A stretch of DNA of 64,000 nt from a virus. Position numbers and translations under genes: made by a program. The notes beneath the pieces were generated by a model, which ran no database searches, was not told the origin of the DNA, and saw nothing but the letters and a program-made list of their open reading frames with translations. This document shows, piece by piece, positions 11,559-22,382 of this stretch (position 1 is the stretch's first letter; each line of letters begins with the position of its first letter). The stretch spans positions 32,001 to 96,000 of the IMG/VR virus record IMGVR_UViG_3300045256_000058, one strand, 5' to 3'.

Positions 11559-12329
11559 TTATAAAACTTGGTAAATATAACTACTATTAATTATAAACCC
11601 TGTTTTATCTATGGCTGTAAAGAAGTCATTTCGATAATACTCTTGACCTCTTTCGGTAATAAGCATATCAATATCTGACCAATTACTAATAGTATGTGTG
11701 TATGTATTTACTGTTTTTCTACTTACACTTAGATGATTATTAAACACATAAGTAATCGCATCCGTAGAATCAATGAGTTTATATCTTAGATGTACTTTTA
11801 CGGATGTAGAGGGTGTAATTGTAGCAGCTAAGAGAAATTCTTTAGTGACCACTTGATAATCATTTTCAAAGGCACTCTTAAATTGTAACTGAGTAACAAT
11901 ATCGTTGTTCCCAATAAAAGGATAAATGTCCTTAAGTGTAGACATATTACTAATCTCATACTCAACCTCTAAATAAATATCTTCATTGATAGGGCTGAAA
12001 ATATAGATAGCGTCTAAAGTGTTCTTTTGATAGAAACTAATCGGAGAGATATACTGACGTTCAGTATTTAATGTCTCTAATGTCGCATCTTCATATGTAT
12101 CTGTATCAGAAGTAATACTAACAATGCGAGTATTAGCATTTATGCTTGCAAATAAATTGCTTTCAAATGAAGGTGTAAACTCAATCTTAAATAAATAGAT
12201 TGGAGTACTATCTAGAGTATTGACAGTATATGAATCATAGTCATCTATAGATACAAAGTCTTCTGGCTCAATATCTGTAGTAACAAATACGGGTTGTATT
12301 TTAGAAACTGTAGTGTCAGTAGTCCACAT
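11559..12329 (-). CDS. Hypothetical tail-module protein
   Basis: 256 aa, tightly packed in the operon. Confidence 0.55.
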   Translation of the reverse strand: MWTTDTTVSKIQPVFVTTDIEPEDFVSIDDYDSYTVNTLDSTPIYLFKIEFTPSFESNLFASINANTRIVSITSDTDTYEDATLETLNTERQYISPISFYQKNTLDAIYIFSPINEDIYLEVEYEISNMSTLKDIYPFIGNNDIVTQLQFKSAFENDYQVVTKEFLLAATITPSTSVKVHLRYKLIDSTDAITYVFNNHLSVSRKTVNTYTHTISNWSDIDMLITERGQEYYRNDFFTAIDKTGFIINSSYIYQVL

Positions 12330-12335
12330 TGTTCT

Positions 12336-12692
12336 CTAAATCTTAATTACTGGATTGTCTAAGTCTACACCTGTCACTGACCACGAACTATACTTTTCTA
12401 CATCAGCTATTCTAAATTTAGCTCCTTGTTGAGTATCTATTACCTTCCATGTTCTACCTCTAAACGAAAAACTACTACTACCAAAAGAAGTAGGAGTAGG
12501 TTTCGGAATAGGTGGATTAGTAATACCTTTTAGAGTAATAGTAACTGTTTCGAATGAATAGCTACCACTAACCACTACGTTATTTATTTCAACAAGAGTA
12601 GTAATGTTGTTAGCTGAGATTTGTCCAAAAGATACTCCGTCATCAGGTATAGGTATTCCGAGAAGCTTCTCGTTAGAATAACGGATAGTCAT
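12336..12692 (-). CDS. Small tail protein (paralogue of 12714..13169)
   Basis: N-terminus MTIRYSNEKLLGIPIPDDGVSFG resembles MTLSIKYQKVFGVPVAPDAISQG. Confidence 0.6.
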   Translation of the reverse strand: MTIRYSNEKLLGIPIPDDGVSFGQISANNITTLVEINNVVVSGSYSFETVTITLKGITNPPIPKPTPTSFGSSSFSFRGRTWKVIDTQQGAKFRIADVEKYSSWSVTGVDLDNPVIKI

Positions 12693-12713
12693 ATCTTTAG
12701 TCTGCTAGTTAGT

Positions 12714-13169
12714 TTAGACGCTTGCTACAACCTTATCAGTTAAGCAAGTAACCTGGAATGAGGTATAGTTTCTAGTAGTACCGCCAATATCAAGAGTACC
12801 TCCATCTTGATAGCCAATAGGTACGCACTTAGCATCTCTGTACGTGAAGATTCCTTCTCCACTTGGGTTAGTCATATCGATTTCACCCTTAGCTAGAGAT
12901 TCAGCATTTGCGTCACATACTGCAACGATTTCTGCTGCCTTAGCTTCGTTAATACCTCTAAGGTCGAAAGTGTATGTCTTCATGTTCAAGTTAATATTTT
13001 GAACATAATCTCCCGTAATAGCCGGATAAGACGCTAAACTTGTTGACCCTTGTGAGATAGCATCAGGAGCTACAGGTACACCAAATACTTTTTGATATTT
13101 AATACTTAAAGTCATGTTTAGTTTTAGTTCCTTTGAGTGTAGAAATAGATAGGTCTGAAGTATAGACAC
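12714..13169 (-). CDS. Small tail protein, distal-tail-like position (likely true start MTLSIKY at 13114)
   Basis: Immediately downstream of tape measure; paralogous to the next gene. Confidence 0.6.
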   Translation of the reverse strand: MSILQTYLFLHSKELKLNMTLSIKYQKVFGVPVAPDAISQGSTSLASYPAITGDYVQNINLNMKTYTFDLRGINEAKAAEIVAVCDANAESLAKGEIDMTNPSGEGIFTYRDAKCVPIGYQDGGTLDIGGTTRNYTSFQVTCLTDKVVASV

Positions 13170-13220
13170 TAGCTATCTTTTAGTATGATAATACTATTAA
13201 TATAATACCAGATGTAAATA

Positions 13221-16200
13221 TTACACTCCTCTAGCGTATTTTAGGAGTTGTTGAGACATCTGAGTACTTGTAATTTCAAGTCCTTTATTAATTTGTGTTT
13301 TAACTTGATTTGTAATATCGCCTAGTTTTGCAGCATCTTCTTTGCTTACATTAATATTGACTTGAACATTAGGACTTAAAGCTACGTTGGGTGATGATGT
13401 ACCTTGTGTAGCAGGATTAGAATTAGGTAGCCCTCTTAATCCTCCACCATCTCTAATTGAGTTAAGAGTATCAAGCATTTGACCGAAACTTTTATCTTGA
13501 CGTAATGGAGTTGAATCATAATTAATTTCTTTACTATTACGTAGAAGATTCTTAGTATCCAACAGTGCTTCTTTTTGTAAATCAAAATTAGCAGGACTAC
13601 GATTTTGACCTAGAATACCCAATCTATTCTTAGCACCTTCTCTACGAATATTTAGTTCTGTTAAGTCTTGATTAGTAAATACACTGTCTATCTTCTGTCT
13701 GTTTAGCTGTTGTCTAGCAGCAGTGAACTGTTGACCTTCCTTAAATGCAGCAGGTAAACCTTGTAATTGTTTTTTAATTTCATCAGATGCATTAAATTGT
13801 GCTTTACCGCCTGATGCAACACTAACTAAATCACTTAACAATGCTGTCTGAGTAAGCGAATTCTCATAAGCTTTTTGTTCTAACTCAAGCTGTAAATCCA
13901 TTACTTTTAAGTCAATAATTTCTTTCTTAGACTCAGTACGACTTTGGGCTAATTTAATCTTGTCATCTTCTTTAGATTGCTTTACATCTAAACGTTGTTG
14001 GACGATATTAGCAGCAGGATTATTCTGACCTAGAAAACCAAGTAATCCAGACTGTAGTGAAGATATTGATTTGTTGTTTTCAGAGGCTACTTCACGTTGC
14101 TTTTGGTCAAAATCCAATTTATCTTTGAATAAGTCAGCTTGCTTACCAATCTTGTCTGTTACTTCAGCTACTCTAGAAGCAAATACTGTTAGTTTTTGAT
14201 TTACAGTTTCTAATGCTAGACTTTGTGCTGCTGCTGATTTTTGAGCTTCACCTTCTACTCTTGTTCTTTCCGCAATTGCTTGAGCTTCACGTACAGTCTC
14301 ATCAGAAGCGCCACTTTTTTTAATACCCTCTGCCGCTTTTTGTGCTGCATCAATACGTGCATCTATTGTTCGTACTTCTTTATCATATTCCGCACCAGGC
14401 TTATTTAGAGAAGCTGTAGCAGTAGTAGAAATGCGGCTTAGAGTAGAACCAACACTTGATGTCTTAAATAAACTTCCAGCAGTAGATGATAGATTGTTAA
14501 AGCTAGTAATTACTCGTTCATTTGCTGCAATTTGATTATCTCTAACTTGATTTTCTTCTTCAATCTTTAATGCTGCGGCTTCTGCTGCTGCATTTACTTT
14601 CTTTAGTGCGGCTTCAGTTTTAATTGAAGAAACTTCGCTAGGTAACTCTTTCTTTGCGGCATCTAATGCTTTACCAATTTGTTCAGCTTGCTCACCACTT
14701 GCAGAAGCTAGAGCATCTTCTAATGCTTTTACCTTCGCATTAGCCTTATCGATAGCTTGATTTGCTTCTGTATCAATTTGTCTATCTGGATTCTTAATTT
14801 GAGTAGCTAATCTCTTAAATCCACTTGAGGCAATTGAGCCAGAAAATAGTGAGTTACTAGCTAGTGATTCAAATTGGTCAGCAACTTTATTTGTTTGCTC
14901 AATCAATTTGTTTCTAGCTGCGTATTCTTCATCTACTGATGCTGCTGCATTTTCAAGTGCAGTTGATAGTTTTTGAGCTTGTAACTCAGCTACTTTTGAT
15001 TGCAATTCAGCTTTTCTAGGTGCAGCAGTTGCAGGGTCTTCTAATTCTTTTTTAATGTTGTCAATTTGAGCAGTTAGATTCTTTTGTAGAAGTTCATCTA
15101 ATTGCTTTGTTAACCCACCTCTTGCTACTCCACTAGACTTAAGTACATTTAGAATAGCTGTGTCTGAGGATTGTTGAAACTGTAGAACACTTTGATTTGC
15201 TTCAGTAATTGCTGTCTTTAATTCTGTATATCTCTTTCTAAGTCCTGGGTCAGAGGCAAGTAACTTATTAAAATCAGCACCAGCAGCATTTAATGTACCT
15301 TCTAAATCAGAAAGTAGTTTGTTAGCTGATGCAGGGTCTAGAGATACTTGTGTTTCAATAGCTCCTAGTGAATTACTAATTTGAGGAATTAAATCATAAA
15401 ACTTACTAGGGTCAAGTAATTTACCGCTAAATACCTCACTAGCTTTCTTTCCTACATCAGAAATTTGAGATAGAACAGCAGATTCATTTTGCTTAGATAT
15501 ACTTAATGCAAGAGGTACGCTAGTATCAATAGAATTAAACTTCTTAATTAAGTTAGTACCTAGTGTAGCTTTTAATCTTTCCTCTCTAAATTTCTTTTGC
15601 TGTTCAACTTCACCTTTAGTTACTTTTAACGCAGCTTCAGCATCGGCAATATCTTTTTGACCACCACTAGCTTTGGCAGCATCATATTTTTGTTGAGCAA
15701 TTGCTACTCTCGCATCAAGTAACTCTTTTTCTAACCCAAGTTCTTTTTGTAGAGCTTGTTCATCTTGAGGTGTAATAATTTGACCTTTATCTAACTTAGC
15801 TTTAGCTGCTGTACCTTCAAGACTTAACTTACCCGAACCTGTTTCTTTACCAGAGAAACTGCTAATCTTGCTATTTAATGCTGTTTGAGCTTTATCTGCT
15901 TCCGCAGCTACCATACCGTACTTAGCCATTCCTCCAGTTACAAATCGCATAGAGTCACTGAAGTTTTTACCTACTTGTCCTGCAAAGTCTAGAAAACCAT
16001 TACCTGTCTTTGCTGTTGCGCTATTTAATCCTTCTAAATCATCTGCTAACAGTTTTAGATTAGGTGAGCTATCTAAAATTTCTTTATTTAGACCATTAAT
16101 AGCTTCACCCATAGCTTTGATGTTAGGGTTGGTACTCTTGTTCAGCATTTCACTAAACGTGCTTGCCCAACCAGTAACTACTTGGATACCAAAGGCAGCA

Positions 16201-18554
16201 GCAATACCAACTACACCTAATCCGGCTAATCCTTTTGCAACTACTCCAATACCACCAGCTAAACCTTTCATTACTGCTCCGCCAGCTTTAATAGGAGAGC
16301 TACTTAAAAATTTAGTTAGACCTTCAGGTGCTTTTAACGGTACAGATAGTGATTGATTTAGAAAACCACCAATACCACCTTTAGATAGAACATCCTTTTG
16401 ACTAGATATTAATTTACTTGCAGATTCTCTTACTGACCCTGCTCTATCACCTAATCCTTCGCGTAATGATTTAGCTCTAGCGGAAAAACTTTCCTTAAAG
16501 TCAGAAATAGCACCACCAGCTCTATCTTTGAAACCACTTCTCATGGCTTTAGATTGAGCCGCTTTTACCTTCTTAGACTGAGCTTCTTCAATATCTTTAA
16601 TATCACTTTCAGAAAAACCAATATCTCGATACTTTTGTTTTTGCTTATCTACACCGCTTTCTAAATCTCTTACAAAATCAGGATTAGAATAAGTACTATC
16701 TTCCAAGTCTTTTACTAAATCACCAGATTGACCTTTCTTAGGATTAAGTAATTGTTCTTTATCTAAATCTCTTTGCTTCGCTTTTGCATACTCAGGTGTT
16801 TTAGCAGCCGCAGCAGTAAATTGTTGCTCAAATGATGTTCGGTCAAGCTCACTTTGAATCTTTCTAACTTCAGCTACAGCTAACTTTGCAGCTTCAATAA
16901 TCTTCTCTTTAATTGTAGTAATCGATTCAACAGCTTTACGTTTGATAGTATCCCAGATACTTTCTCCGTCCTTTCTCGCATTACCAAAGGTCTTCTTAAA
17001 TTCTCCTCCAATCTTGCCAATTGCGGCGATTAATATTAGAGGAGCAGCAGCGCTAAACACACTTCCAAAGAAACCACCAATAGCGCTAAATTTAGTTTGT
17101 AGTCCTTGTAACGCACCAGCTACTTTACCAATACCCTCAGCAGCACCAGTAGTAAATGCTTCGGTAACTTCATTAGTTTTTGCAATACTCTCTACTACCG
17201 AAGGTGCAACTCCTTTACCAAAATCTTCTACACCCTCTTGAGATTTAATTCGAGCTTGCTCAAAAGCACCAGTAACAGTTTGACTTCTACCTTTTGCTTC
17301 TTCTTCTAACTTACCTGGGTCAGCTTCTTTAATTTGACCAGAATATTGTTGAAGAGTTTTCTTACCTAACGAACTAAACAATTGCACAGCTTCGACTGAC
17401 ATTTGATTAGTAAAGATTTTTTGAATATTTTCAGGTCTACCACCAGTAGCCTTTTGAAGGTCATCAAGTACTCCAGCTAATCCTTTGTCTTTTAGAACAG
17501 TGGCATTAATTTGAATTGGTTTACCAGCCTCATCTCTAAACTTAGAGAGATACAGGTTGGCTTCTTGTGAACCAGCAGTAATATCACTTAGTAAGCTGGT
17601 TAAACGGTTAGCAGCTTCATCAGCACTTACCCCCTGTGTGGTTAAACCAGCGATAGCTCCAAGCATTTCAGAGAAATCAATACCTAGTTGTTTCGATTGA
17701 ACAGCAAGTCCACCAACACTAGGAGTTAATTGGTCAAGAGTAAGTAGACCAACTTTTGTAGTTTCAAATAACTGAGCCGCTCTTTTATCTGCTGCTTCTG
17801 AACTATCTCCTAAAGCTCTTAAAGCTCTAACTACAGCATTTGTAGAACCACCTAAGTCACCGAAACCAGCTTGACCTAGATTAATAGCAGCTTTACCTAC
17901 GTTTAGATTATCTTTCTTGTTACCAAAACCAGCAGAAGCAATATCATATTGAGCATTAAGAATTTGTACAGAACCTAATGCATCATTAGTAGCTTTTTGT
18001 AGCTCTTTCATTGACTTGATATTTTTATCTATCGAGTCAATACTCTTTTCATTTCCTGTAACGCTAACAGTACCTAAACGATAAGCAGCTTGTTCTACAT
18101 CGGCGTATGCCTTTACTGATTTAGCAGCAAACTTATTGAAATTATCATTATCAAATAGAACACTAAAACCTTGTTGAATGCTACCAATTACACTATTAGA
18201 TGTCGCTTCTAGTGTTTCTAAATTATCTTTAAGCTCACTGCTACCTTGAATAGCTTCTTCAAATGTAACGGTTTTAGTAACACTACCAAACTCTTTCCAC
18301 GCTTTGAATCCAGCCTCACCAATCTTGGTAAGTACATCGAGTTTGAAAGATATGTCAGAAAGGGCTAGTAATGTTCCTACTACACCCTTTGCAGATACTC
18401 CAATAACTTGTAAAGATTTACCAAATTTATCAGCACTATTAGAAGCTAGTTTGAATTGTGCTGTTGAGATTTTTAAGTCAGTATTAAGACCCTTAACACT
18501 TTTTTTAATATCAGTTAAATTTTGGTCTAAATCAAGTAATAATGATGCTGTCAT
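13221..18554 (-). CDS. Tail tape measure protein
   Basis: 1777 aa, Ala/Lys/Gln-rich and helical; TP901-type core (YDIASAGF...LTPSVGGLAVQSKQLGIDFSEMLGAIAGLTTQG); central hydrophobic Gly-rich segments. Confidence 0.9.
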   Translation of the reverse strand: MTASLLLDLDQNLTDIKKSVKGLNTDLKISTAQFKLASNSADKFGKSLQVIGVSAKGVVGTLLALSDISFKLDVLTKIGEAGFKAWKEFGSVTKTVTFEEAIQGSSELKDNLETLEATSNSVIGSIQQGFSVLFDNDNFNKFAAKSVKAYADVEQAAYRLGTVSVTGNEKSIDSIDKNIKSMKELQKATNDALGSVQILNAQYDIASAGFGNKKDNLNVGKAAINLGQAGFGDLGGSTNAVVRALRALGDSSEAADKRAAQLFETTKVGLLTLDQLTPSVGGLAVQSKQLGIDFSEMLGAIAGLTTQGVSADEAANRLTSLLSDITAGSQEANLYLSKFRDEAGKPIQINATVLKDKGLAGVLDDLQKATGGRPENIQKIFTNQMSVEAVQLFSSLGKKTLQQYSGQIKEADPGKLEEEAKGRSQTVTGAFEQARIKSQEGVEDFGKGVAPSVVESIAKTNEVTEAFTTGAAEGIGKVAGALQGLQTKFSAIGGFFGSVFSAAAPLILIAAIGKIGGEFKKTFGNARKDGESIWDTIKRKAVESITTIKEKIIEAAKLAVAEVRKIQSELDRTSFEQQFTAAAAKTPEYAKAKQRDLDKEQLLNPKKGQSGDLVKDLEDSTYSNPDFVRDLESGVDKQKQKYRDIGFSESDIKDIEEAQSKKVKAAQSKAMRSGFKDRAGGAISDFKESFSARAKSLREGLGDRAGSVRESASKLISSQKDVLSKGGIGGFLNQSLSVPLKAPEGLTKFLSSSPIKAGGAVMKGLAGGIGVVAKGLAGLGVVGIAAAFGIQVVTGWASTFSEMLNKSTNPNIKAMGEAINGLNKEILDSSPNLKLLADDLEGLNSATAKTGNGFLDFAGQVGKNFSDSMRFVTGGMAKYGMVAAEADKAQTALNSKISSFSGKETGSGKLSLEGTAAKAKLDKGQIITPQDEQALQKELGLEKELLDARVAIAQQKYDAAKASGGQKDIADAEAALKVTKGEVEQQKKFREERLKATLGTNLIKKFNSIDTSVPLALSISKQNESAVLSQISDVGKKASEVFSGKLLDPSKFYDLIPQISNSLGAIETQVSLDPASANKLLSDLEGTLNAAGADFNKLLASDPGLRKRYTELKTAITEANQSVLQFQQSSDTAILNVLKSSGVARGGLTKQLDELLQKNLTAQIDNIKKELEDPATAAPRKAELQSKVAELQAQKLSTALENAAASVDEEYAARNKLIEQTNKVADQFESLASNSLFSGSIASSGFKRLATQIKNPDRQIDTEANQAIDKANAKVKALEDALASASGEQAEQIGKALDAAKKELPSEVSSIKTEAALKKVNAAAEAAALKIEEENQVRDNQIAANERVITSFNNLSSTAGSLFKTSSVGSTLSRISTTATASLNKPGAEYDKEVRTIDARIDAAQKAAEGIKKSGASDETVREAQAIAERTRVEGEAQKSAAAQSLALETVNQKLTVFASRVAEVTDKIGKQADLFKDKLDFDQKQREVASENNKSISSLQSGLLGFLGQNNPAANIVQQRLDVKQSKEDDKIKLAQSRTESKKEIIDLKVMDLQLELEQKAYENSLTQTALLSDLVSVASGGKAQFNASDEIKKQLQGLPAAFKEGQQFTAARQQLNRQKIDSVFTNQDLTELNIRREGAKNRLGILGQNRSPANFDLQKEALLDTKNLLRNSKEINYDSTPLRQDKSFGQMLDTLNSIRDGGGLRGLPNSNPATQGTSSPNVALSPNVQVNINVSKEDAAKLGDITNQVKTQINKGLEITSTQMSQQLLKYARGV

Positions 18555-18563
18555 TTATGAAAA

Positions 18564-18959
18564 CTACTCATTGTTAGAATCATCGTTAGAGAATATGTTT
18601 TCAGACCGCTTTTTAATTTGCCATAAGTTAAACTTGTCAGAAAGATGTTCCCATTCATGTTTTCTGTAGGAAATATCATCTAAAAACTTATTAAACTTAG
18701 TATTTTCAGCTACTTGTAATTTATCCTCTGGATTAATTCTACCACTACTAGCAATATCAATTAACTCCCGACACTTCCAGTAATCGAGAGTTTTAACTAG
18801 CGTCATCGCATTTTCTGCGTAGTAGCTTAATAGAGATGAGTAAAGAAGAGAAATACCCTCATAATTATTTGAATGTAAATTAGGGTAATTTAACTCTGTT
18901 AACGATTTTCTTTTTCTTTTTCTTTTTCTTCTTTCAGTATCGCTAGATACTTGTTCCAC
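18564..18959 (-). CDS. Putative tail assembly chaperone, frameshift (T-like) part
   Basis: Overlaps the upstream ORF in the -1 frame and lies directly before tape measure. Confidence 0.5.
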   Translation of the reverse strand: MEQVSSDTERRKRKRKRKSLTELNYPNLHSNNYEGISLLYSSLLSYYAENAMTLVKTLDYWKCRELIDIASSGRINPEDKLQVAENTKFNKFLDDISYRKHEWEHLSDKFNLWQIKKRSENIFSNDDSNNE

Positions 18960-19372
18960 ATCTCCATGTACGGTAAAAAATGGAGTTGACTAATCTTACA
19001 TGGGGACATTGAAGTTAGATTTCGACTTTCTTCATTAATATCACCATTAAAGAATAGAGAAATAAGTTGTTCCCAGTTTTCTTTAATTAAATCATAGTCA
19101 AGATATTGTGTTTCTCCTGACTTAGTTTTTTCAACTAAAGGAATAATAGAACAAATGGCTCTTAAATCTGCTTCGAGGTCATCTCGATACTCAGAAGTAA
19201 AGTATTTACCGATTGCACCATCTGCCATTACATATCTTTCTACTAGCTTATCTTGTAAATCCATAAGCTTGTCCATGTCTTCAGCAGCGCAACGCATTAT
19301 ATTGACTACTTTGCCATCATCATATACAACTTTTTCAGTCTTGTAAGATGGTCTTGATTTTGTCGTACTCAT
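18899..19372 (-). CDS. Putative tail assembly chaperone (G-like)
   Basis: 157 aa acidic protein two genes upstream of tape measure. Confidence 0.55.
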   Translation of the reverse strand: MSTTKSRPSYKTEKVVYDDGKVVNIMRCAAEDMDKLMDLQDKLVERYVMADGAIGKYFTSEYRDDLEADLRAICSIIPLVEKTKSGETQYLDYDLIKENWEQLISLFFNGDINEESRNLTSMSPCKISQLHFLPYMEMWNKYLAILKEEKEKEKENR

Positions 19373-19733
19373 CGTATATCTCAGTCTTTCCGATATTCAT
19401 CATCACGTTATCATTACTGAAAGAGAAGGTTCCTTTATATCCATATGACTCACTCGAAGTATTTGTTTTCATTAGGCTTGCTATATACAAAGTATCAATT
19501 GTGTAGTCAAATGTTAGCAAATAAGTAAATATAGAGAAGTTGTAAGTTAGAGGTAATATTGAGTCTAAATAAGAACTTACTCTAAATTCAATCATGTTTT
19601 TAAGGTTCTTCCTTTCATCCTCTATAGTAGCATAAATGTCTATAGGGGCAGGATATGTGTATTTATGCCCCTCATGTGTCTCAACAAATATATTGCTAAT
19701 TGCTTTGTAGTGTTTATCAAATACGTGTATCAT
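19335..19733 (-). CDS. Hypothetical protein
   Basis: 132 aa ORF in the operon. Confidence 0.5.
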   Translation of the reverse strand: MIHVFDKHYKAISNIFVETHEGHKYTYPAPIDIYATIEDERKNLKNMIEFRVSSYLDSILPLTYNFSIFTYLLTFDYTIDTLYIASLMKTNTSSESYGYKGTFSFSNDNVMMNIGKTEIYDEYDKIKTILQD

Positions 19734-20310
19734 TCGAATACTTCAATTTGGTTGGCATTACAATCTTTTTACTCCAATCTACTTGTTGTTCCCATTCAAA
19801 GTATTTAATATCTTGATGTTTAAGAAGATTGCATACATCTCTAAACACCATACAAGCATATTTATGAGTATGTTCATGCTCTTTACCTAGAAAATCATAG
19901 AGTTTGTGATAGATGATATTTGATTTATAGTTTCCATCTTTATCTACCCATCTTGATGCTTCTAATACTGTAATAGAGTGACTAGGCTCTCCGTATTTAA
20001 TTCTACGTGCTTTCTTCTCTCTACTTTTTGGGTCAATAACAACTTGATTGTCTAATAAACCCAAATAGTCAAGACAAATGTGATAATCTTTTTGATTATA
20101 TACTTTGTTTCCTTTAATTACTGGTCGAGGAGTAAAAATATACGTCATTACAGCTCTAGGTGTATCTCTTTCAACTAATTTAAGTTGACCATAAACCCCG
20201 TCAAATGTATCTATTACTGCATACGGCTTTTTTTTGGTACTAAGTTTCTTAGACCAAAGGACTCTTCGTATCCAATCTAAAATATCTAATAGAATTTGAT
20301 TAAGCTGCAT
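19717..20310 (-). CDS. Hypothetical protein
   Basis: 197 aa basic ORF in the operon. Confidence 0.55.
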   Translation of the reverse strand: MQLNQILLDILDWIRRVLWSKKLSTKKKPYAVIDTFDGVYGQLKLVERDTPRAVMTYIFTPRPVIKGNKVYNQKDYHICLDYLGLLDNQVVIDPKSREKKARRIKYGEPSHSITVLEASRWVDKDGNYKSNIIYHKLYDFLGKEHEHTHKYACMVFRDVCNLLKHQDIKYFEWEQQVDWSKKIVMPTKLKYSNDTRI

Positions 20311-20325
20311 TTAATTACTCTCTAA

Positions 20326-20727
20326 TTATTTATTATCCTCATCGTCATCATCCGCAACCTCATCTTTTTCAGCACGTTTCTTTAATCGAATTGTGGTTTC
20401 AGTACGCTCTTTTGAGTCAGTGTACATTTTTACACCAACAGCAACAATACCACCACCTGTAACGATAGTAGTTAGAAACTTTTCTGCTAATTCATCTTGT
20501 TTTTTATTATCTAACGCATAGAAAGCACCACCAACTGCGACAAGTGCTAATCCTAATACAACTACATCTCGTAATTTATTAGCAATAGGCAATATTTCTT
20601 GTACAATAGCTTTTCTAGTACGTTGTAATTCTCTGCGGACTTGCTTTTGCTCACCTTTAATTTCTCGTAATAAGGAAATTATCTCGGTTTTCTCTTCGTC
20701 CATATTATCAATCAATTCCAAAAACAA
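20326..20727 (-). CDS. Membrane protein, holin-like
   Basis: N-terminal coiled coil, two hydrophobic segments (VVVLGLALVAVGGAFY; FLTTIVTGGGIVAVGV) and a highly charged C-terminus. Confidence 0.45.
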   Translation of the reverse strand: MFLELIDNMDEEKTEIISLLREIKGEQKQVRRELQRTRKAIVQEILPIANKLRDVVVLGLALVAVGGAFYALDNKKQDELAEKFLTTIVTGGGIVAVGVKMYTDSKERTETTIRLKKRAEKDEVADDDDEDNK

Positions 20728-20787
20728 ATACTCCTTTATTATATAGCTAAAGGAGTAAGTGTACTTGTATCTATAACTTAGGTGGTG

Positions 20788-21627
20788 TTATGCAGTAGTC
20801 GGGCTTGGCACTCTAGCATTTGTAATGAATAAATCACCATCAACACTTAGGCTAGTTAAACCAATATAAGTAAGTGCTGTTACATCAATACCGTTAAGTC
20901 CATTAGCACTTCCTTGTACTAACTTACCGTCAAGATAAGCAACTGCGGCATTAATTAATAACTTACTTCCTGTTTCGTTGTCAACGGGTTCAAGTCTTAG
21001 TACCGCAAATACGGCTTCCTTAGCCCCATTGTTAAATACAACAGTCGAACTAGCTCCTGCTGAAGATACTGTACTATCGATGTCAACTTCATTTGGATTG
21101 ACAGTAGCAGTACTTTTTCTAACAGCAGTTACTCTTGTTGGAGGAGTAAAATCTAAGTCAGCAACAGCAGATGCGGTTAAGTTCTTATCTAGGAAGATTC
21201 TGCGTGTATCGTAGTCAATACGGTCTACCACACTATTTGCAGCTACTCCATCACCAGATACAGCATCTCCAGCTTTTACACCAATAGTACTTGAGTTAAA
21301 AGTATCAGCATAAACCACATACTTCTGTCCTTTGACAGTATATACAGTTCTTGTAACAGCGGACTTAGCTGTGATACCACCAGTGCTAGTAGAAGCTACT
21401 ATATCACCAACACGAATATTATCGAATGCGCCAGCAGAACCCACAAGCTTAGTAGCTCCATTTGAAAGAGTTACGCCGCTAACTGAGATGTCTGGTGCAG
21501 AGAAATCATCGAAAGTAAGAGGAAGATAAAACTTACCAGCAGCTTCAGCTACATATCCAGCAGAGATAACTCCGTCGAATTCACTTACTACTGATTGTAG
21601 TTTTCTTTGAAACGCAATATTTACCAT
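20788..21627 (-). CDS. Virion structural protein (possible major tail protein)
   Basis: 279 aa, beta-rich, follows neck genes; 'VKAGDAVSGDGVAANSVVDRID' repeat-type module. Confidence 0.45.
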   Translation of the reverse strand: MVNIAFQRKLQSVVSEFDGVISAGYVAEAAGKFYLPLTFDDFSAPDISVSGVTLSNGATKLVGSAGAFDNIRVGDIVASTSTGGITAKSAVTRTVYTVKGQKYVVYADTFNSSTIGVKAGDAVSGDGVAANSVVDRIDYDTRRIFLDKNLTASAVADLDFTPPTRVTAVRKSTATVNPNEVDIDSTVSSAGASSTVVFNNGAKEAVFAVLRLEPVDNETGSKLLINAAVAYLDGKLVQGSANGLNGIDVTALTYIGLTSLSVDGDLFITNARVPSPTTA

Positions 21628-21688
21628 AGAAATATATCTCTTGTTATTTAGTTATCGTATACGTCTAAATGTATTATATAACAGATTT

Positions 21689-22222
21689 TTATACGTTGTC
21701 GTCATCACCGTCAAGAGTAAAAATAGGACACGTAACAGTTACATACTTATAAACAGTGTTATCAGGTGCAATAAAATCTTCGTACTCAATATCAATAGTA
21801 TTCTCTCCACTATTACCCCAATCAATTTGATAGAGATTATCTAAAGAACCAGTAGACAGTACTCGTCTAATTTCTCTACCTACAAATGAAGATATATCGG
21901 CTACTTTAGTTTTTTGTGTGAAAGCAAGAGCATAAATAATCTTAAATTTAGTACTGATTTCGACTTCATTAAAACTATTAGTTTCAGAAGACCTATATAC
22001 TTTTAATACTGGAAAGTCAGTTAAAGGTACAAATAAATCATTAAAAGTACGTATACTCTTAATTACATTATATCTAAGAGCATCATAAAAAGTTTCATTT
22101 ACTTCATTAGCTATGTAATTAGCAATAAACTCACAATCTTTATCAATAAATTTATATCCAAAAGGATAAATAGGACGAGGTGCATACAAGCTTTCGTCAC
22201 TAGCCATCATGATATTTGTCAT
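21689..22222 (-). CDS. Putative tail terminator/neck protein
   Basis: Size, 'FPVLKVY' strand and position after the head-tail adaptor. Confidence 0.45.
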   Translation of the reverse strand: MTNIMMASDESLYAPRPIYPFGYKFIDKDCEFIANYIANEVNETFYDALRYNVIKSIRTFNDLFVPLTDFPVLKVYRSSETNSFNEVEISTKFKIIYALAFTQKTKVADISSFVGREIRRVLSTGSLDNLYQIDWGNSGENTIDIEYEDFIAPDNTVYKYVTVTCPIFTLDGDDDNV

Positions 22223-22377
22223 TTGACCATAATTCCATTCTTCTTAATCTTTTTGAATCCCATTGCAGCAGTAGAAGGGTCAATTAAATCACTGGGTTTC
22301 ATTTCTTTTATTGCAGCAGGAATAGTTTTATTGAGATTCTTAATGATTATTTTTTCAATCTCATTACCTAAGTCCAT
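22219..22377 (-). CDS. Small hypothetical protein, 52 aa (not in the ORF track)
   Basis: MDLGNEIEKIIIKNLNKTIP...GIMVK*; fills the gap and overlaps the next start (ATGA). Confidence 0.55.
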   Translation of the reverse strand: MDLGNEIEKIIIKNLNKTIPAAIKEMKPSDLIDPSTAAMGFKKIKKNGIMVK

Positions 22378-22382
22378 ATTAG

